A stretch of DNA of 64,000 bases from an uncultured virus (IMG/VR IMGVR_UViG_3300037067_013258) (taxonomy: Duplodnaviria; Heunggongvirae; Uroviricota; Caudoviricetes): the IMG/VR virus record IMGVR_UViG_3300037067_013258; one strand, given 5' to 3'. The notes below the pieces were generated by a model. It saw only the letters and a program-made list of their open reading frames with translations. It did no database searches and had not been told where the DNA came from. A program made the position numbers and the translations under genes. Shown piece by piece: positions 45,506-56,723 of this stretch; position 1 is the first letter of the stretch, and every line of letters begins with the position of its first letter.

Positions 45506-47908
45506 TCATGCTGTTATCAGCCTTATCTGAAACTCTTTTACTCTCACAGTACCGGCAGCAATATTCACATTGACTGCAAACATACCTCTGATATAAGCAG
45601 CATCCTCGTGTACTGTCCCGGGATCATAAATATTTGGATGCTCTCCACCATTGCCTGCTGCCGCTGCCCCTGAAAAGTAGCCCTTAAATTCTTCCCAATC
45701 ACCTGGAGGCCAGCCTATCTGGTCTTTTGCAAAATAATGTTGTTGTGAATGCAGATCTGCTCCGTTTATGTTTGCCATTGTCACACCGTCAGATTTAACC
45801 CCTTCTATTCCAATATACAAACTATTTGTTCCGGCAACACATTTGACAATAGCACGTATTTCATATAATTTTGTAGAGTCATAAGGGATTAGTTTGCTAT
45901 GCCATAATCGTCTCATATCATCCCCGGCATTATTTCCAATAGAAATAACTTTATCACTTCCGTCTATAACGGATGTTATTTCTCCTGACCCTGAAAAACT
46001 ATTCCAATATTTTAAAAAGTGTGTGTCTGAATAATACTGCATGTGGTCATAAAACCAATTTTTATTATTGATGACATAATCAATTACAGTACTTTCAGGG
46101 CATTCCCTTAAATCGAAAGTAACCTTCCCATTTTCAAGATCTGGTTTCCTGGAAATAATCTTGCATCTTTGTACACCTAAAAAAGTCCTGTCTCTCCAAT
46201 CAGAAGAAAGTAAGTTTCTATCTCGGTTAAGGTAATATTGTGTGAAATCGATGCTGACTATATCTAATGCTCGAATAGAAAAAGCAGATATTCCATCCAG
46301 TTTGCACACTGTTCTAAATCTGGATTTTTGTTTGTCTTCTAGAGTAATGATTGATCTATCAATAGCTGTTTGTTCTTCTATAGCTTGCAATTCAATATCG
46401 TCTGATTCTATATCCTGGTTACCGTATTCCCTTTTTACAGCAGTTTCATAATCAGTATTGGTGTATGAATGATAACGGCCTGAAAATCTGTCAGGGTTGT
46501 ATTTCACAATTGCTTTAGTGTAATAATCATCTTCGAGTATATTGTATTCAGTACTGACATTTAAAAGGTTTTCTACGGCTTGAATGGTGCGTGATACTGC
46601 ACGATTAGGGTTGTCAATGCGTAAAGTCCTGGTATTATAGATGTGTTCAAAATAAAATCCAAAATTGCTGCTATTTTGCAATAATTCAATAATTTCAAAT
46701 ATTGACTTTTTGCTGTCAATATAGATTCCCACATCTTCCAGATAATTGTCTTCATCTGTCCATTCAGCCATATTGTAATTGGAAGCATCGAACACTATGC
46801 CGTAGTAAGTGAGTAAAATGTATTTTATAATTTCACCGGGGCTGGAAGTTGTGACAGGATTTCCAAAACATGCATCAACTTTCATGTTAAGTAATGCCCC
46901 GCTATCAGTTCCACCTTCATAAATGTCAGCTTCGGCTATTTCAATCAACCCGTTTACCAGGTCAATACTTGCATAACTTTTACGTTCCCATGTGTCGTTT
47001 GGCTGTTGCACCCATATGTCATAAAGCACATCAATTGCAGGTACTTTGAATGTTTTGCTTCCGGCTGCATTTGTATCGATACAAATACCAGGCACACCCA
47101 TATTGACACCAAAGGCAATGGGAATCTCTTTGCCTACAAGGTCATTACTTATATCAGGGTAAGTAATTGCATCAAAAGTATATTCAGGTAGTTTTTTGGT
47201 AAGTAATGATCGTCTGTCTTTTACAGAAAGTGAACATTCAAAAGGTGAAACATTGTGATTTGTGATTTTAAATCTGGCAAATTGAATAAGTGAAGCATAA
47301 GCATAATCATCAAGGCCGTATAAAAGTGAAATTAGATTCCCTTCCGGGTTGTCTAAATAAGAGTCATCCCAATAACCAAGCATGCCAATAAAATCGGTTG
47401 GCCAATTGTTCAATACAAAGTTTCCACCAAAAAAAGAAAACAACTTATAAATTCCTGTATTTATAGATACTTCCATACTTGGTATTTGTTTAAGAAGGGG
47501 TTTGTATAAAATGTCGTTATAGATAACCGGATCACCATTTGCTCTATTGTGATTAACAAAGCCAATTGAATTGCTTGCATATATTTCATAAGCAAAAATA
47601 TGGTAAGTATGGTTAAGGTGAATATAAAGAATTTGGTTTGCAATATCAAAATAAAAAGACTCTTCATCTGCTTTCATATCAGCATAAGAGGTTTTCAAAG
47701 CATAATCTACAGTGTTTATAGTGATGGCTGTTATGTTACGTCGGACAGTATTGGCATTATTAACTGCACCGTATGTGGTAATGAAGTATGAAGTGTAATT
47801 GTAAAAGGACAATTTTTGCCTATAAATAAACGGTTCTTCATAAACAAATTTATATTTGTCCAGGTCAAGAGTTTTTTCAAGTTCGACTACCGTAAGATAT
47901 TGTGCCAT
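45506..47908 (-). CDS. Tail tip/hub protein with C-terminal carbohydrate-binding-like domain
   Basis: Position after TMP and distal tail genes; IPIAFG; beta-rich C-terminus. Confidence 0.65.
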   Translation of the reverse strand: MAQYLTVVELEKTLDLDKYKFVYEEPFIYRQKLSFYNYTSYFITTYGAVNNANTVRRNITAITINTVDYALKTSYADMKADEESFYFDIANQILYIHLNHTYHIFAYEIYASNSIGFVNHNRANGDPVIYNDILYKPLLKQIPSMEVSINTGIYKLFSFFGGNFVLNNWPTDFIGMLGYWDDSYLDNPEGNLISLLYGLDDYAYASLIQFARFKITNHNVSPFECSLSVKDRRSLLTKKLPEYTFDAITYPDISNDLVGKEIPIAFGVNMGVPGICIDTNAAGSKTFKVPAIDVLYDIWVQQPNDTWERKSYASIDLVNGLIEIAEADIYEGGTDSGALLNMKVDACFGNPVTTSSPGEIIKYILLTYYGIVFDASNYNMAEWTDEDNYLEDVGIYIDSKKSIFEIIELLQNSSNFGFYFEHIYNTRTLRIDNPNRAVSRTIQAVENLLNVSTEYNILEDDYYTKAIVKYNPDRFSGRYHSYTNTDYETAVKREYGNQDIESDDIELQAIEEQTAIDRSIITLEDKQKSRFRTVCKLDGISAFSIRALDIVSIDFTQYYLNRDRNLLSSDWRDRTFLGVQRCKIISRKPDLENGKVTFDLRECPESTVIDYVINNKNWFYDHMQYYSDTHFLKYWNSFSGSGEITSVIDGSDKVISIGNNAGDDMRRLWHSKLIPYDSTKLYEIRAIVKCVAGTNSLYIGIEGVKSDGVTMANINGADLHSQQHYFAKDQIGWPPGDWEEFKGYFSGAAAAGNGGEHPNIYDPGTVHEDAAYIRGMFAVNVNIAAGTVRVKEFQIRLITA

Positions 47909-48225
47909 TATTTTGCTTTATTTAGCCTTTCACTTATGATTGCATTAAGCACATTTTCAAGTTGTGCAATTTCATTTTTGCAAAAATAAAAGTTCACACC
48001 TTCAATAGGCATGTCTTCAATAATGTGTTTATGGTGGTTGTAAATCTTATGCCCATCTTCATTGGTGTAAAGTTTAACAGTCAAAAGTATTCTGCCATTG
48101 ATAGCTGTTTTGTTTTCCTGGTTGTCAATCATTTCCTTGCTGAAATCAGTATCAATTTTAATTTCTGATATTCGAGCAAAAGTTAATGTGTCTTCAAAAT
48201 GTTTATAGTTAATTTTCATAATCAA
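47908..48225 (-). CDS. Hypothetical protein
   Basis: Translationally coupled within the tail module. Confidence 0.5.
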   Translation of the reverse strand: MIMKINYKHFEDTLTFARISEIKIDTDFSKEMIDNQENKTAINGRILLTVKLYTNEDGHKIYNHHKHIIEDMPIEGVNFYFCKNEIAQLENVLNAIISERLNKAK

Positions 48226-49883
48226 ACCGCATAAAAAGCATAAATATAACCCCTATTAACAGTTGCATCATTAAAACTTGCACCATCAAAGTATCCACCA
48301 GTTCTTCTGTATAAGTTTATTATAGTAGATAATGCACCAGCCACACCTCCTGCAATAAGTGTTGGATCTGCCGCATTAGAAAAATTTAAAAGAAAATACG
48401 CCGTGCCGGCATCTGAAAATATTATGGTAGAATAAAAAATAATTTTAGTTGATAATATCCCAGTGTAAACGCTGACAGAGGTACTGCCAGTGGCTGCACT
48501 CATGTCCCATGCTCCAATTGGAATTTTTTTCATTTTCCATTGTCCTGCACCATTATCAATGCTATTAACTGATAATTGGTTGAATCCAGCGTTTCCACTT
48601 TGTAATATTTGCCAGTTTTGACCTATACCAGAAAGCATTTTAGTAACATCAATCACATACGGAAGTACAGTTCCACCATCATAATTATCATAATACGTGT
48701 CTACATAATGTGCATCTAATCCAAGATCAGAGATATAAAAATTTGTGTCACTATAATTGGCGTACCCAGTTGTCAGTATATTTGATGCCCCAATTGTACA
48801 ATTTGTCTTTGTCATATTAAGTCCAGTTATGGCAGCAGCACCTCCAGTTACAGTTTTTGTGCCGTGTGCAATACCGTCCATTTGTATACCATTTATCCAC
48901 ACCTCCATATTATTATTTACTTTAGAATATTTAATATAAAAATCTGTCCATATCTGCAAAGTAGGATTATCTAAATATTGGTCAGATAAAATTACTATTT
49001 TATGTGTTTCATCATCCATGATTCTGAAAAACCATTTATCATCCCCTTGATTATATCTGAAAGTAAAACTATCATTATCAACACCTGAAAAATTATTTGC
49101 ATTTAATATAGTCACATTTGTTGCAACAGTGTATGCAAAATTTGGCTTTATTCTTACTGCTATTACTTGCTCATTCCCAAATGCATATGTGTATGCAACA
49201 AATTCAGCATTAAAATAAAAAATTCCCCTATTTGTATGTTTTGCATTTGCATTATTGTGGTCTAACCACAATCCACCACTTCTGAATAATGGGGCATTGC
49301 CTGCACTATCTTCTAAATTTTGGTTTGAAAAAGGAAAATATGTTAAATCTGCCGGTAAAGGCAATGCACCCAGTAAATCATCCTGTACAAGTGTTTTCAT
49401 TGCAGCAAATGGGTATACCTGTGCAGCTGTGGCAAGGTCAGCACTTTCCCCAAATTGATGTGGAAGCAATTTTGTTTTTTTCCAATAAGTACTATCATAT
49501 TTTAACAACACATAGGGAAGCAATTGTGTGCCATCTGCATGATACCAGCCGCCTTTAATCGGATCAAATGTATATCCTGCGTCACTGGTTACAAATTCAG
49601 CGGTAATTACACCAAGTGTTTCTGTTAATTTTATATATACATATCCATCCGCAGGTGCACCTGCAATAGCCTCATCTGCTAACTGACATTCATACAAGCC
49701 CCCGTCATGTACAAGTCTTGCACCGACTGCAATTTCTGGCTCTGTGGTTGTATCCCATTCAGTAAGAATATCATTGTGACTTCCCATTCCGTGTAAAGCT
49801 TGTTGTAAAGCATTTTGATAATTATAATCAGCAACACCTAATGGTGCACCGGCTGTCGGTTCTGGAATTAAATTGATTGCCAT
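48222..49883 (-). CDS. Tail fibre/receptor-binding protein with ConA/LamG-like domain
   Basis: Beta-sandwich pattern ...W..FYIKY...MEVWING...IGA; tail position. Confidence 0.6.
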   Translation of the reverse strand: MAINLIPEPTAGAPLGVADYNYQNALQQALHGMGSHNDILTEWDTTTEPEIAVGARLVHDGGLYECQLADEAIAGAPADGYVYIKLTETLGVITAEFVTSDAGYTFDPIKGGWYHADGTQLLPYVLLKYDSTYWKKTKLLPHQFGESADLATAAQVYPFAAMKTLVQDDLLGALPLPADLTYFPFSNQNLEDSAGNAPLFRSGGLWLDHNNANAKHTNRGIFYFNAEFVAYTYAFGNEQVIAVRIKPNFAYTVATNVTILNANNFSGVDNDSFTFRYNQGDDKWFFRIMDDETHKIVILSDQYLDNPTLQIWTDFYIKYSKVNNNMEVWINGIQMDGIAHGTKTVTGGAAAITGLNMTKTNCTIGASNILTTGYANYSDTNFYISDLGLDAHYVDTYYDNYDGGTVLPYVIDVTKMLSGIGQNWQILQSGNAGFNQLSVNSIDNGAGQWKMKKIPIGAWDMSAATGSTSVSVYTGILSTKIIFYSTIIFSDAGTAYFLLNFSNAADPTLIAGGVAGALSTIINLYRRTGGYFDGASFNDATVNRGYIYAFYAV

Positions 49884-50621
49884 TTATAAGCACTCCCTAT
49901 AAATAAGTTTAATGTCTCTATGTTTAAATCGAGTGTCATTCTGTGGAATCCACCCGGTGTTTTCATTTTTAATATGTGCATAAAAGGATTTGTCAGCAAC
50001 ACTCTCATAAAAGTCTATGAAATGAGGCATCTGCCCTATTGCATTCACATATGTTTTTAAGGTCTCTAAAATAGTATCAGTTTCAATATAACTGAAAACA
50101 ATTTCCCATTTATTACGTAATCCCCGTATCTGACCGCTCACCTGGCCTGTGAGTGTTTCATCGCAAGGCGCAAGATCACCATAGCCGGATGCTGGTTTGC
50201 TTTGAAAATCAGGCAAATCAATTCTGCTGCCTGCCCACATAGTACCAATATAAAAAACAACCGCATCTGCATTAGTGATAGTTATTTCTATGCTTCTGAT
50301 AGTTGTTAATTCTGTGAAATATGACTTCACAATATACCAGGATGCCTTGACCAGGTTATCAGTAAAGATAGTTGCACCACCAGCATTTTTATAGACACAA
50401 ACAATAGTTGACGTTAAAGCCATACTGGAAAAACCAAGAAAAAAACAATCCATACTTTGGTCACTTGTAAAGGTAACTGTGATTTTAGTGTGGTCTGTTG
50501 TGGTTTTAGTGTATGCAGTCAGAAATGTGCTGAATATATTTTCAACCGGGAAGTTGCTGTCTTCATGATCCATGGTGATTGCAGAATAGTCTTGTAATTT
50601 GTTATAGTATAAAGCTCTCAT
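49884..50621 (-). CDS. Distal tail-like protein
   Basis: Immediately downstream of the tape measure gene. Confidence 0.55.
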   Translation of the reverse strand: MRALYYNKLQDYSAITMDHEDSNFPVENIFSTFLTAYTKTTTDHTKITVTFTSDQSMDCFFLGFSSMALTSTIVCVYKNAGGATIFTDNLVKASWYIVKSYFTELTTIRSIEITITNADAVVFYIGTMWAGSRIDLPDFQSKPASGYGDLAPCDETLTGQVSGQIRGLRNKWEIVFSYIETDTILETLKTYVNAIGQMPHFIDFYESVADKSFYAHIKNENTGWIPQNDTRFKHRDIKLIYRECL

Positions 50622-53600
50622 TTTTCAATAGCCCTCTGTTTTAAAGTAACAACACCATTATTCATCACATTTGCAACAGCCCTTGCAGTTTCCTTGCTAT
50701 CTTGTTGTAAAATAACAGTCACATTCATTCCACCACCTATTTGATTTGCGATTCTGTTTGCAAAATTATTAAGTAACCCTTCACCTTGACTACTATCATT
50801 TAAAAATAATTCATTGCTGCCTTTTTCAGCTGCTATAACAGGTGTACCCCGCATCTGACTACCCATGACAATACCACCTTCAATCATGGCCGGGGGTTGT
50901 GGCTCTGTAATAGCTTGTTTTGCAAGTAATATTCCTGTGCCTATTGTGGTTGCTGTGACAGCAGGAAGGTTCCATGGCCAGGGTGCACTTTTCCAGGCTT
51001 GGGTCATAGCTGTTATGCTATTGGCAACTGTAGCAAGGTTATTCAGTATCCATGCGGTATGAGCAGCCTTGTACGCCACCTGTGCACTTTTCTCTGCTGC
51101 CTGGTCTTCTATTATTATTTTCTTGTCAGCAGCCTCTTGAATAAGGGTTTCTTTAGCAAGCTCTTTTTCTTTTTCTGCAATCAACTCTGCATCATTATTT
51201 GCTATTGCTTCATTAAGCTCTGCCTGTAGTTTTTCAATTGTAGATTGTTCGGCTAATCCGGCAGCTTCCAATTGTGCTTGTAACTGCTCATCAATTGCTT
51301 TTATCTGTGCATTTTTTACAGTGTTGATTGTGTCAATTTCTGACTGTGCTTGAACGTTAGCCAGGTCAGCAAAGGCAGTTGCCATAGATGCAATCGAGTT
51401 TAATGTGGATGTTGCCAGCCCTTTCATTTTGGTAATAAAAGTGTCAAAAGCTGTTTTTTCTTCTAATGCGTCATAGTACTGATTAACCATGTCAATTGCA
51501 CCTTCCATAGAATCAGCGCTGCCTTTACTGGCCTTTATTTCTTCTATAGCTCTTTGTCTTTCTTCAGCCAGAAGGTCAACATTGACGTCTGTTAGTTTAT
51601 ATAATTTATTTGCATAATCATCTGCTTGTTTAGCAAGGTCTTTATCAATATTTTTGAGCTCTTCTTTTTTCTTTTGTGCTTCGTTGAAACGTTTAAGAGT
51701 TTCTATGTTATTTTTTATTAACTGGTCATTTTGTGCAATTATCTCATTTGATTTTTCTGTTGCTTCTTTATCTGCAATTTCTGCCTCTGTTTTCTTTTTT
51801 AATGCATCGTAGTAAGCATCAATTGAAACCTTTGCTTCTGTTTTCAATTTGTCAGTTGCTTGCAATAGATCGACTTCGGCCTTTGCCCTGTTGCGGTCAA
51901 GTTCTATTTTTTGTAAATCAGTTGCATTCAGGTCTTGTAATTGCTGTGTAGTTTTTTCAATGGATGCTTGCAATTTCTTATTTGAGTCAATCTCTTCAGA
52001 AGTTAAAGTAGTTCCTTCATTTATTGCTTTATTTTCTGCATTTTTAAGCTTTATAATTTCTGCTTGATCCTTAATCTTTTTTATTAACTCTTTGTTGTTA
52101 AGTTTATTTAAATCAGATTCTTTAATTACACCAGCAGCTAGTTTTTCTGACAATTCAACTACAAGTCGTTCATTTGCAATTTGTTCAGCTCTTATCCTTA
52201 CTTGTTTTGCAAGAGTCTCACTAATTGCCTCAACCTGTTCTATTTGTAAAGCTCCTATTGATACAGAAGCAGCCAATCCATTAATATAGTTCTGTAAACT
52301 TTTGTTTGACTCACTATATGCTATTTTTTCATTTGCTAGATTAGTATTTAAGGTTGTCACTCGATTATTTGCAGCTGTTATATAATCTTGTATGTTTTTT
52401 ATTGCTTTACTTACAGCCATTGCACTCCCGTCACTTCCAGGAAGACCTATAGCTGGGGCTGTCATTCTGACACCTTTTTTCTCTAAATCTTTTAAGTATT
52501 CCATCCATTTCTTATAATAATCAAGATCTTCTTTAGCCTTATTTAACTGTGATCCAAATGTTTCAATGGAGTCATTTTGTTTGTTTTGTTCTTTTGTTAA
52601 CTTTTCAAGTGCCTTTATATTTTTTTCAAGATTGGCAGTGGCATCCAGACTTGCAAGTTCCTTTCTATTCTGCAAAGTTTTCTTTTCAGTTTCATTTAAA
52701 GTTTTTGTTTTGGTGTTCAACTCATCGTTTGCTTTCTTATATTCGTCTGTAGATGTTTTTAAAGCATCTGTATTTTCTTCTAATCCTTTCTGTGCTTTCT
52801 GTAAATTTATTGTGTTGCTTATCCCCTGATTAAAAGCCCTGTATAACAAAATAGATCCAGCTGTTAATGCTGATATTGCACCTATTGTGGCAACTATCGG
52901 GAGCATGGCAGCACCAATAGTGATACCAAGTAGAGCAGCAGCACCATTAACAACTGCAATTGATGCAGCCCCGGCAAGCAGCACCCCTATCAAAACCTTT
53001 AAAGGTGCGGGCAAATCTTTTACTTTAAATAGAAGGTCAGCAATAAAGTTATTTGCATCCTTCATACCAGGTGCAAATTCTTTTAATATTGTGTTGCCAG
53101 CTGCCTGCATAGCATTACCAACACGCTTTAAACTGAATTGCAAAGTGTCATTCTGGATAGCAGCAGCATTTGTTGCTGCACTTGTACCGGTAACAACTTC
53201 AGTATACTTTTTGATTTCCCCTTCACCTGCTTGCAAAAGTTTTATCATGGCTGGCCCCGCACGGTCACCAAACACTTCCATGATCTTACCACCATTACTT
53301 GCTATTGGTGATAAGTTCTTTATAATTTCTTGTAATCTGGTTACACCTTCTGTAGTGCTTTCAAGAGCCGGGTTAACCATTTCAAAAGTAATGCCTAATG
53401 CTTTCAGTTTATCATTTGCAGGACTGGCAGCATTTGACAAATCGGCCAGCATCCCTCTTAATGCTGTCCCTGCCTGGCTGGCTTCAAAACCAGCGTTGTA
53501 AAGAATGGATAAAGTGCCGGTCACTTCTTCAATTGATATCCCAAAAGTAGCAGCAACCGGGCCAACATACCGCATAGACGTTGCCAGCTTATCGATAGTT

Positions 53601-54172
53601 GCTTGCGATGCTGCACACCCGGCTGCAAATACATTTGCGACTTTGGTTGCATCCTTTGCCTCTAATCCGAACTGGCTTATGGCAGCAGCTACAGTTTCAC
53701 TGGTAAAAGCAAGGTCTGATTGTGTTGCACTTGCCAGAGCCAACACACCGTCAAGAGCATCAACCGATTGTGTGGCTGTAAACCCGGCACTTGCCAAATA
53801 GTACAAAGCATCGGCTGCTTGTTTACCGGAAAAGGCTGTTGCTTCACCGGCATCAATTGCAGCCTGTTCAAGCTTTTTCATATCTTCTGCACTGCCTGTT
53901 GCCACTGACCGGACATTTGCAACAGACTGTTCAAACTCTGCGTAACCGGATACAAATTTTTTTATTGCCACACCAATGGCAGCAAACAAAGCAACGTGTG
54001 CTAAATTGATTTGTTGTAAATTATCACCTATTTTCTTTTTAGTGGTGTCCGATGATTTGCCTAATGCTTCACCCATTTTGTCAAAGCCGGCTTGTACCTT
54101 TTGAATATCACCATTTAAAGCATCGAGTTGAATTCTTATTTCACTGTAGATACTGCCAGCATCAACACCCAT
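50618..54172 (-). CDS. Tail tape measure protein (TP901-family core)
   Basis: 1184 aa, Ala-rich; AADALYYLASAG, AGTALRGML; long helical region. Confidence 0.92.
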   Translation of the reverse strand: MGVDAGSIYSEIRIQLDALNGDIQKVQAGFDKMGEALGKSSDTTKKKIGDNLQQINLAHVALFAAIGVAIKKFVSGYAEFEQSVANVRSVATGSAEDMKKLEQAAIDAGEATAFSGKQAADALYYLASAGFTATQSVDALDGVLALASATQSDLAFTSETVAAAISQFGLEAKDATKVANVFAAGCAASQATIDKLATSMRYVGPVAATFGISIEEVTGTLSILYNAGFEASQAGTALRGMLADLSNAASPANDKLKALGITFEMVNPALESTTEGVTRLQEIIKNLSPIASNGGKIMEVFGDRAGPAMIKLLQAGEGEIKKYTEVVTGTSAATNAAAIQNDTLQFSLKRVGNAMQAAGNTILKEFAPGMKDANNFIADLLFKVKDLPAPLKVLIGVLLAGAASIAVVNGAAALLGITIGAAMLPIVATIGAISALTAGSILLYRAFNQGISNTINLQKAQKGLEENTDALKTSTDEYKKANDELNTKTKTLNETEKKTLQNRKELASLDATANLEKNIKALEKLTKEQNKQNDSIETFGSQLNKAKEDLDYYKKWMEYLKDLEKKGVRMTAPAIGLPGSDGSAMAVSKAIKNIQDYITAANNRVTTLNTNLANEKIAYSESNKSLQNYINGLAASVSIGALQIEQVEAISETLAKQVRIRAEQIANERLVVELSEKLAAGVIKESDLNKLNNKELIKKIKDQAEIIKLKNAENKAINEGTTLTSEEIDSNKKLQASIEKTTQQLQDLNATDLQKIELDRNRAKAEVDLLQATDKLKTEAKVSIDAYYDALKKKTEAEIADKEATEKSNEIIAQNDQLIKNNIETLKRFNEAQKKKEELKNIDKDLAKQADDYANKLYKLTDVNVDLLAEERQRAIEEIKASKGSADSMEGAIDMVNQYYDALEEKTAFDTFITKMKGLATSTLNSIASMATAFADLANVQAQSEIDTINTVKNAQIKAIDEQLQAQLEAAGLAEQSTIEKLQAELNEAIANNDAELIAEKEKELAKETLIQEAADKKIIIEDQAAEKSAQVAYKAAHTAWILNNLATVANSITAMTQAWKSAPWPWNLPAVTATTIGTGILLAKQAITEPQPPAMIEGGIVMGSQMRGTPVIAAEKGSNELFLNDSSQGEGLLNNFANRIANQIGGGMNVTVILQQDSKETARAVANVMNNGVVTLKQRAIEK

Positions 54173-54173
54173 T

Positions 54174-54839
54174 CTATGCTACATCCTCATGATTTTTCCG
54201 TTTTTCATACAACAGCATAAAGGCACGCTTATCAATATCCATCTTGTTGAAATCTGTGAACATTCCAGTAATGTATTCATGTGGTGCTTTATGCCATTTT
54301 TCAGCCAATACAGCAGCATTCAGAAGCATTTCTTCTGTTATCCTCTTAATGTCACTCCGGTTTAAATCCAGGGCATAACAGAAGATACCGGACAAAAAGT
54401 CCTCTGGTAGTATTAGGTCAACCCATATGCGTTTTTTGTCAATTTCATCTTCTAATTGTTTACGCTGTAAATCAAAAGGCAACCCTTGGCATTTTAATCT
54501 TAACTCTTCCAGTTTCTTCTTTGTGTTAATGCACAATTCATTTGCCTGTACCATGTCCATTATCTGTCCGTATGTGGGCTGCACTAAAGACTCTTTGACA
54601 ATGTTGTGCATGGTATTTGCATATTCAATAATCTCTTTGTTAGTCAATTTCTTTATCTGATTGATTCTGTCCTGCTCTGTTTGAATAAGTGAGAACTCAC
54701 CACATGCCTGAATCTGTGTAGACGTAAGAAGTCTGCATTTCACCAGAGCAGGAGAACCATGATAATTTACTGCAATTAACGGATATTGTGCAGCTTCGAG
54801 CCTGTCAATATCCGTTATAGTTTCTTTTTTGTTTCTCAT
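54174..54839 (-). CDS. Tail assembly chaperone-like protein
   Basis: Located between the tail tube and TMP genes. Confidence 0.55.
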   Translation of the reverse strand: MRNKKETITDIDRLEAAQYPLIAVNYHGSPALVKCRLLTSTQIQACGEFSLIQTEQDRINQIKKLTNKEIIEYANTMHNIVKESLVQPTYGQIMDMVQANELCINTKKKLEELRLKCQGLPFDLQRKQLEDEIDKKRIWVDLILPEDFLSGIFCYALDLNRSDIKRITEEMLLNAAVLAEKWHKAPHEYITGMFTDFNKMDIDKRAFMLLYEKRKNHEDVA

Positions 54840-55780
54840 TACAGGTTTGCCACATCCAGTGTTTCAAAATCAGCTTTGGAAAGCTCTTCTTCTTCTGTGT
54901 CACCATAAGCAACGCCTGCCGATGTTTTTGGAGCCATGCCGGTCAAGGTGTAAGGAACTTTCACCCATGATTTGCCCTGTGTTTCACTTCCCAGGTCAGC
55001 AACACCTTTCCAATATTTTGACCACAGATACCACAGGAAATCACTCTTTGCGTTTGCTCCCCGTGCATAGCAGCTCTGGAACGTCATCATCCAAAAATAT
55101 GTTTTTGCTTCAGTGTCCAATGGAGCAACGTATACACCAAGCCCTGTAATTGGATCTACAGTGTAAGAACCGCCCTGTAAGATTCTTTTCACATACGGAT
55201 CACATGCGGTGTCTGTCCAGGTGCCTTTCCATCCGAGACGTTTGGAGTCTGTGAAAATCCATGTCTTAAGTGCATTGGCATCTTCCAATTCCAACTTTTC
55301 ACCTGCCTGAATATCGGGAGAGATTTCCAGGGTTTCCGTTGTGTCAATTATGATAAACTTGCACCCTTTGCCCTGACCAATCAAAGACAATTCAGCGGCA
55401 GCACCATATACCTGGACAAAGGTATGAGCAGCCCCGGTGCTTGTGTCTTCAATCATCAAATATCCTGTCACTGCTTCAACAGTTGCCAAAACATCTGTGA
55501 AACCGGCAGCATTTATCAGCACTGCTAACTGTGCTGCCGTAACTGCTGTCAACACAACACCTGGAATACCACTGACATTCAAATTGAACGTCATTACAGT
55601 TTCAGTGTCAAAACGAATCGACAAAGGAACTGCTGCCGGTGTTGCATATCCTGAAAAGTCGAATGGCCCCGGCCCGCCCACAACTCTGTCAGGCCAGGGA
55701 ACAGTCAGATCATAATTTAATGGCTCTATAGCCATTAAAGGCTGTCCAAACCAGTATCTTGCATTAGTACTTCTTAACAT
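54839..55780 (-). CDS. Major tail tube protein
   Basis: Position, size and Thr/Gly-rich composition. Confidence 0.6.
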   Translation of the reverse strand: MLRSTNARYWFGQPLMAIEPLNYDLTVPWPDRVVGGPGPFDFSGYATPAAVPLSIRFDTETVMTFNLNVSGIPGVVLTAVTAAQLAVLINAAGFTDVLATVEAVTGYLMIEDTSTGAAHTFVQVYGAAAELSLIGQGKGCKFIIIDTTETLEISPDIQAGEKLELEDANALKTWIFTDSKRLGWKGTWTDTACDPYVKRILQGGSYTVDPITGLGVYVAPLDTEAKTYFWMMTFQSCYARGANAKSDFLWYLWSKYWKGVADLGSETQGKSWVKVPYTLTGMAPKTSAGVAYGDTEEEELSKADFETLDVANL

Positions 55781-55794
55781 ATCTTTTACACTCC

Positions 55795-56157
55795 TTACAT
55801 ATTACTAATTGCCACATTGGGCATTAAAAAAACCATTTCTTTACTTATCGTTAAATCATCACTCGTAACTACTATGTCAACATAGTCATCTACCATCAAC
55901 TTGTTTGAATTACCCCTGGATGTTATCGTTTCCCAGTTATTCAATAAATTCATTACTTCGATTTCCAGATAGTCATCAAGCCAGTCAATTTGTAAGCTCT
56001 GGAAGTGTGCAATAATTCTAAACAGTATTCCCCGGCTAACAGGATCAGGCTCTTGCTTAATCACTACATATGGTGGCTGGAATTGTAAACCAGAACCAAA
56101 ATAAGTAACATTTTTTACTGTTCCAGTTTTCAACCTCTCTTCAATTTTAGTCAGCAT
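55795..56157 (-). CDS. Tail completion/terminator protein
   Basis: PPYVVI motif; synteny. Confidence 0.55.
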   Translation of the reverse strand: MLTKIEERLKTGTVKNVTYFGSGLQFQPPYVVIKQEPDPVSRGILFRIIAHFQSLQIDWLDDYLEIEVMNLLNNWETITSRGNSNKLMVDDYVDIVVTSDDLTISKEMVFLMPNVAISNM

Positions 56158-56512
56158 ACATTTTTCTCACATCTGCTAAAAAGCGTCCTGCATAATGTTG
56201 CACAATTGGCCGTAATGATTCATGTTTTCGGTCATTTGCCAATTCCAGATAAACACCATAGTAAACACCATGTGCCAAAAACCAACCAACAGACCTCCCA
56301 TCCCTGAATGCGTCAGAAAACACCCTTGCTGCCGCCTGTGCTGTTTGGTTATCCCAAAAATTACCAAAAGAATGTGGTGCCATTCTTTGCTGCATTTGAA
56401 AATTAAGCAAAGCCATTGCTGCATATTGCAAAGATATTCCATAAATCTGCGCCCGGCGTTTTTCATAAATACTCCGTACCCGCCTTTTCACTTTTTCCAC
56501 GTCTGGTTTCAT
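56147..56512 (-). CDS. HK97 gp10-like neck protein
   Basis: WDNQT...LAHGVYYGVYLE. Confidence 0.7.
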   Translation of the reverse strand: MKPDVEKVKRRVRSIYEKRRAQIYGISLQYAAMALLNFQMQQRMAPHSFGNFWDNQTAQAAARVFSDAFRDGRSVGWFLAHGVYYGVYLELANDRKHESLRPIVQHYAGRFLADVRKMYAD

Positions 56513-56723
56513 CTATCAATACACTCCCTGATATGCTGTTTATAAGCATCATAGCCTCTTGCCTGGTTAACCATTCCTTATTAAACATAATGTTGTGAAT
56601 ATAAGCAGCATCAATCAACACTTCTTCTTGCTGTGCAATATCTTTTTTAATCTCATCTGCTGCACTACCCGGTAAATCAAGCATATCCTTATCATCTGTT
56701 AAGTATTCATCTGTTAATCTCAT
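56463..56723 (-). CDS. Hypothetical protein
   Basis: ORF track; located in the neck module. Confidence 0.45.
   Translation of the reverse strand: MRLTDEYLTDDKDMLDLPGSAADEIKKDIAQQEEVLIDAAYIHNIMFNKEWLTRQEAMMLINSISGSVLIDETRRGKSEKAGTEYL

Noticed and set aside
54174..54839. Tail chaperone programmed frameshift
   Set aside because: A single ORF fills the space between the tube and TMP genes, leaving no second overlapping frame.
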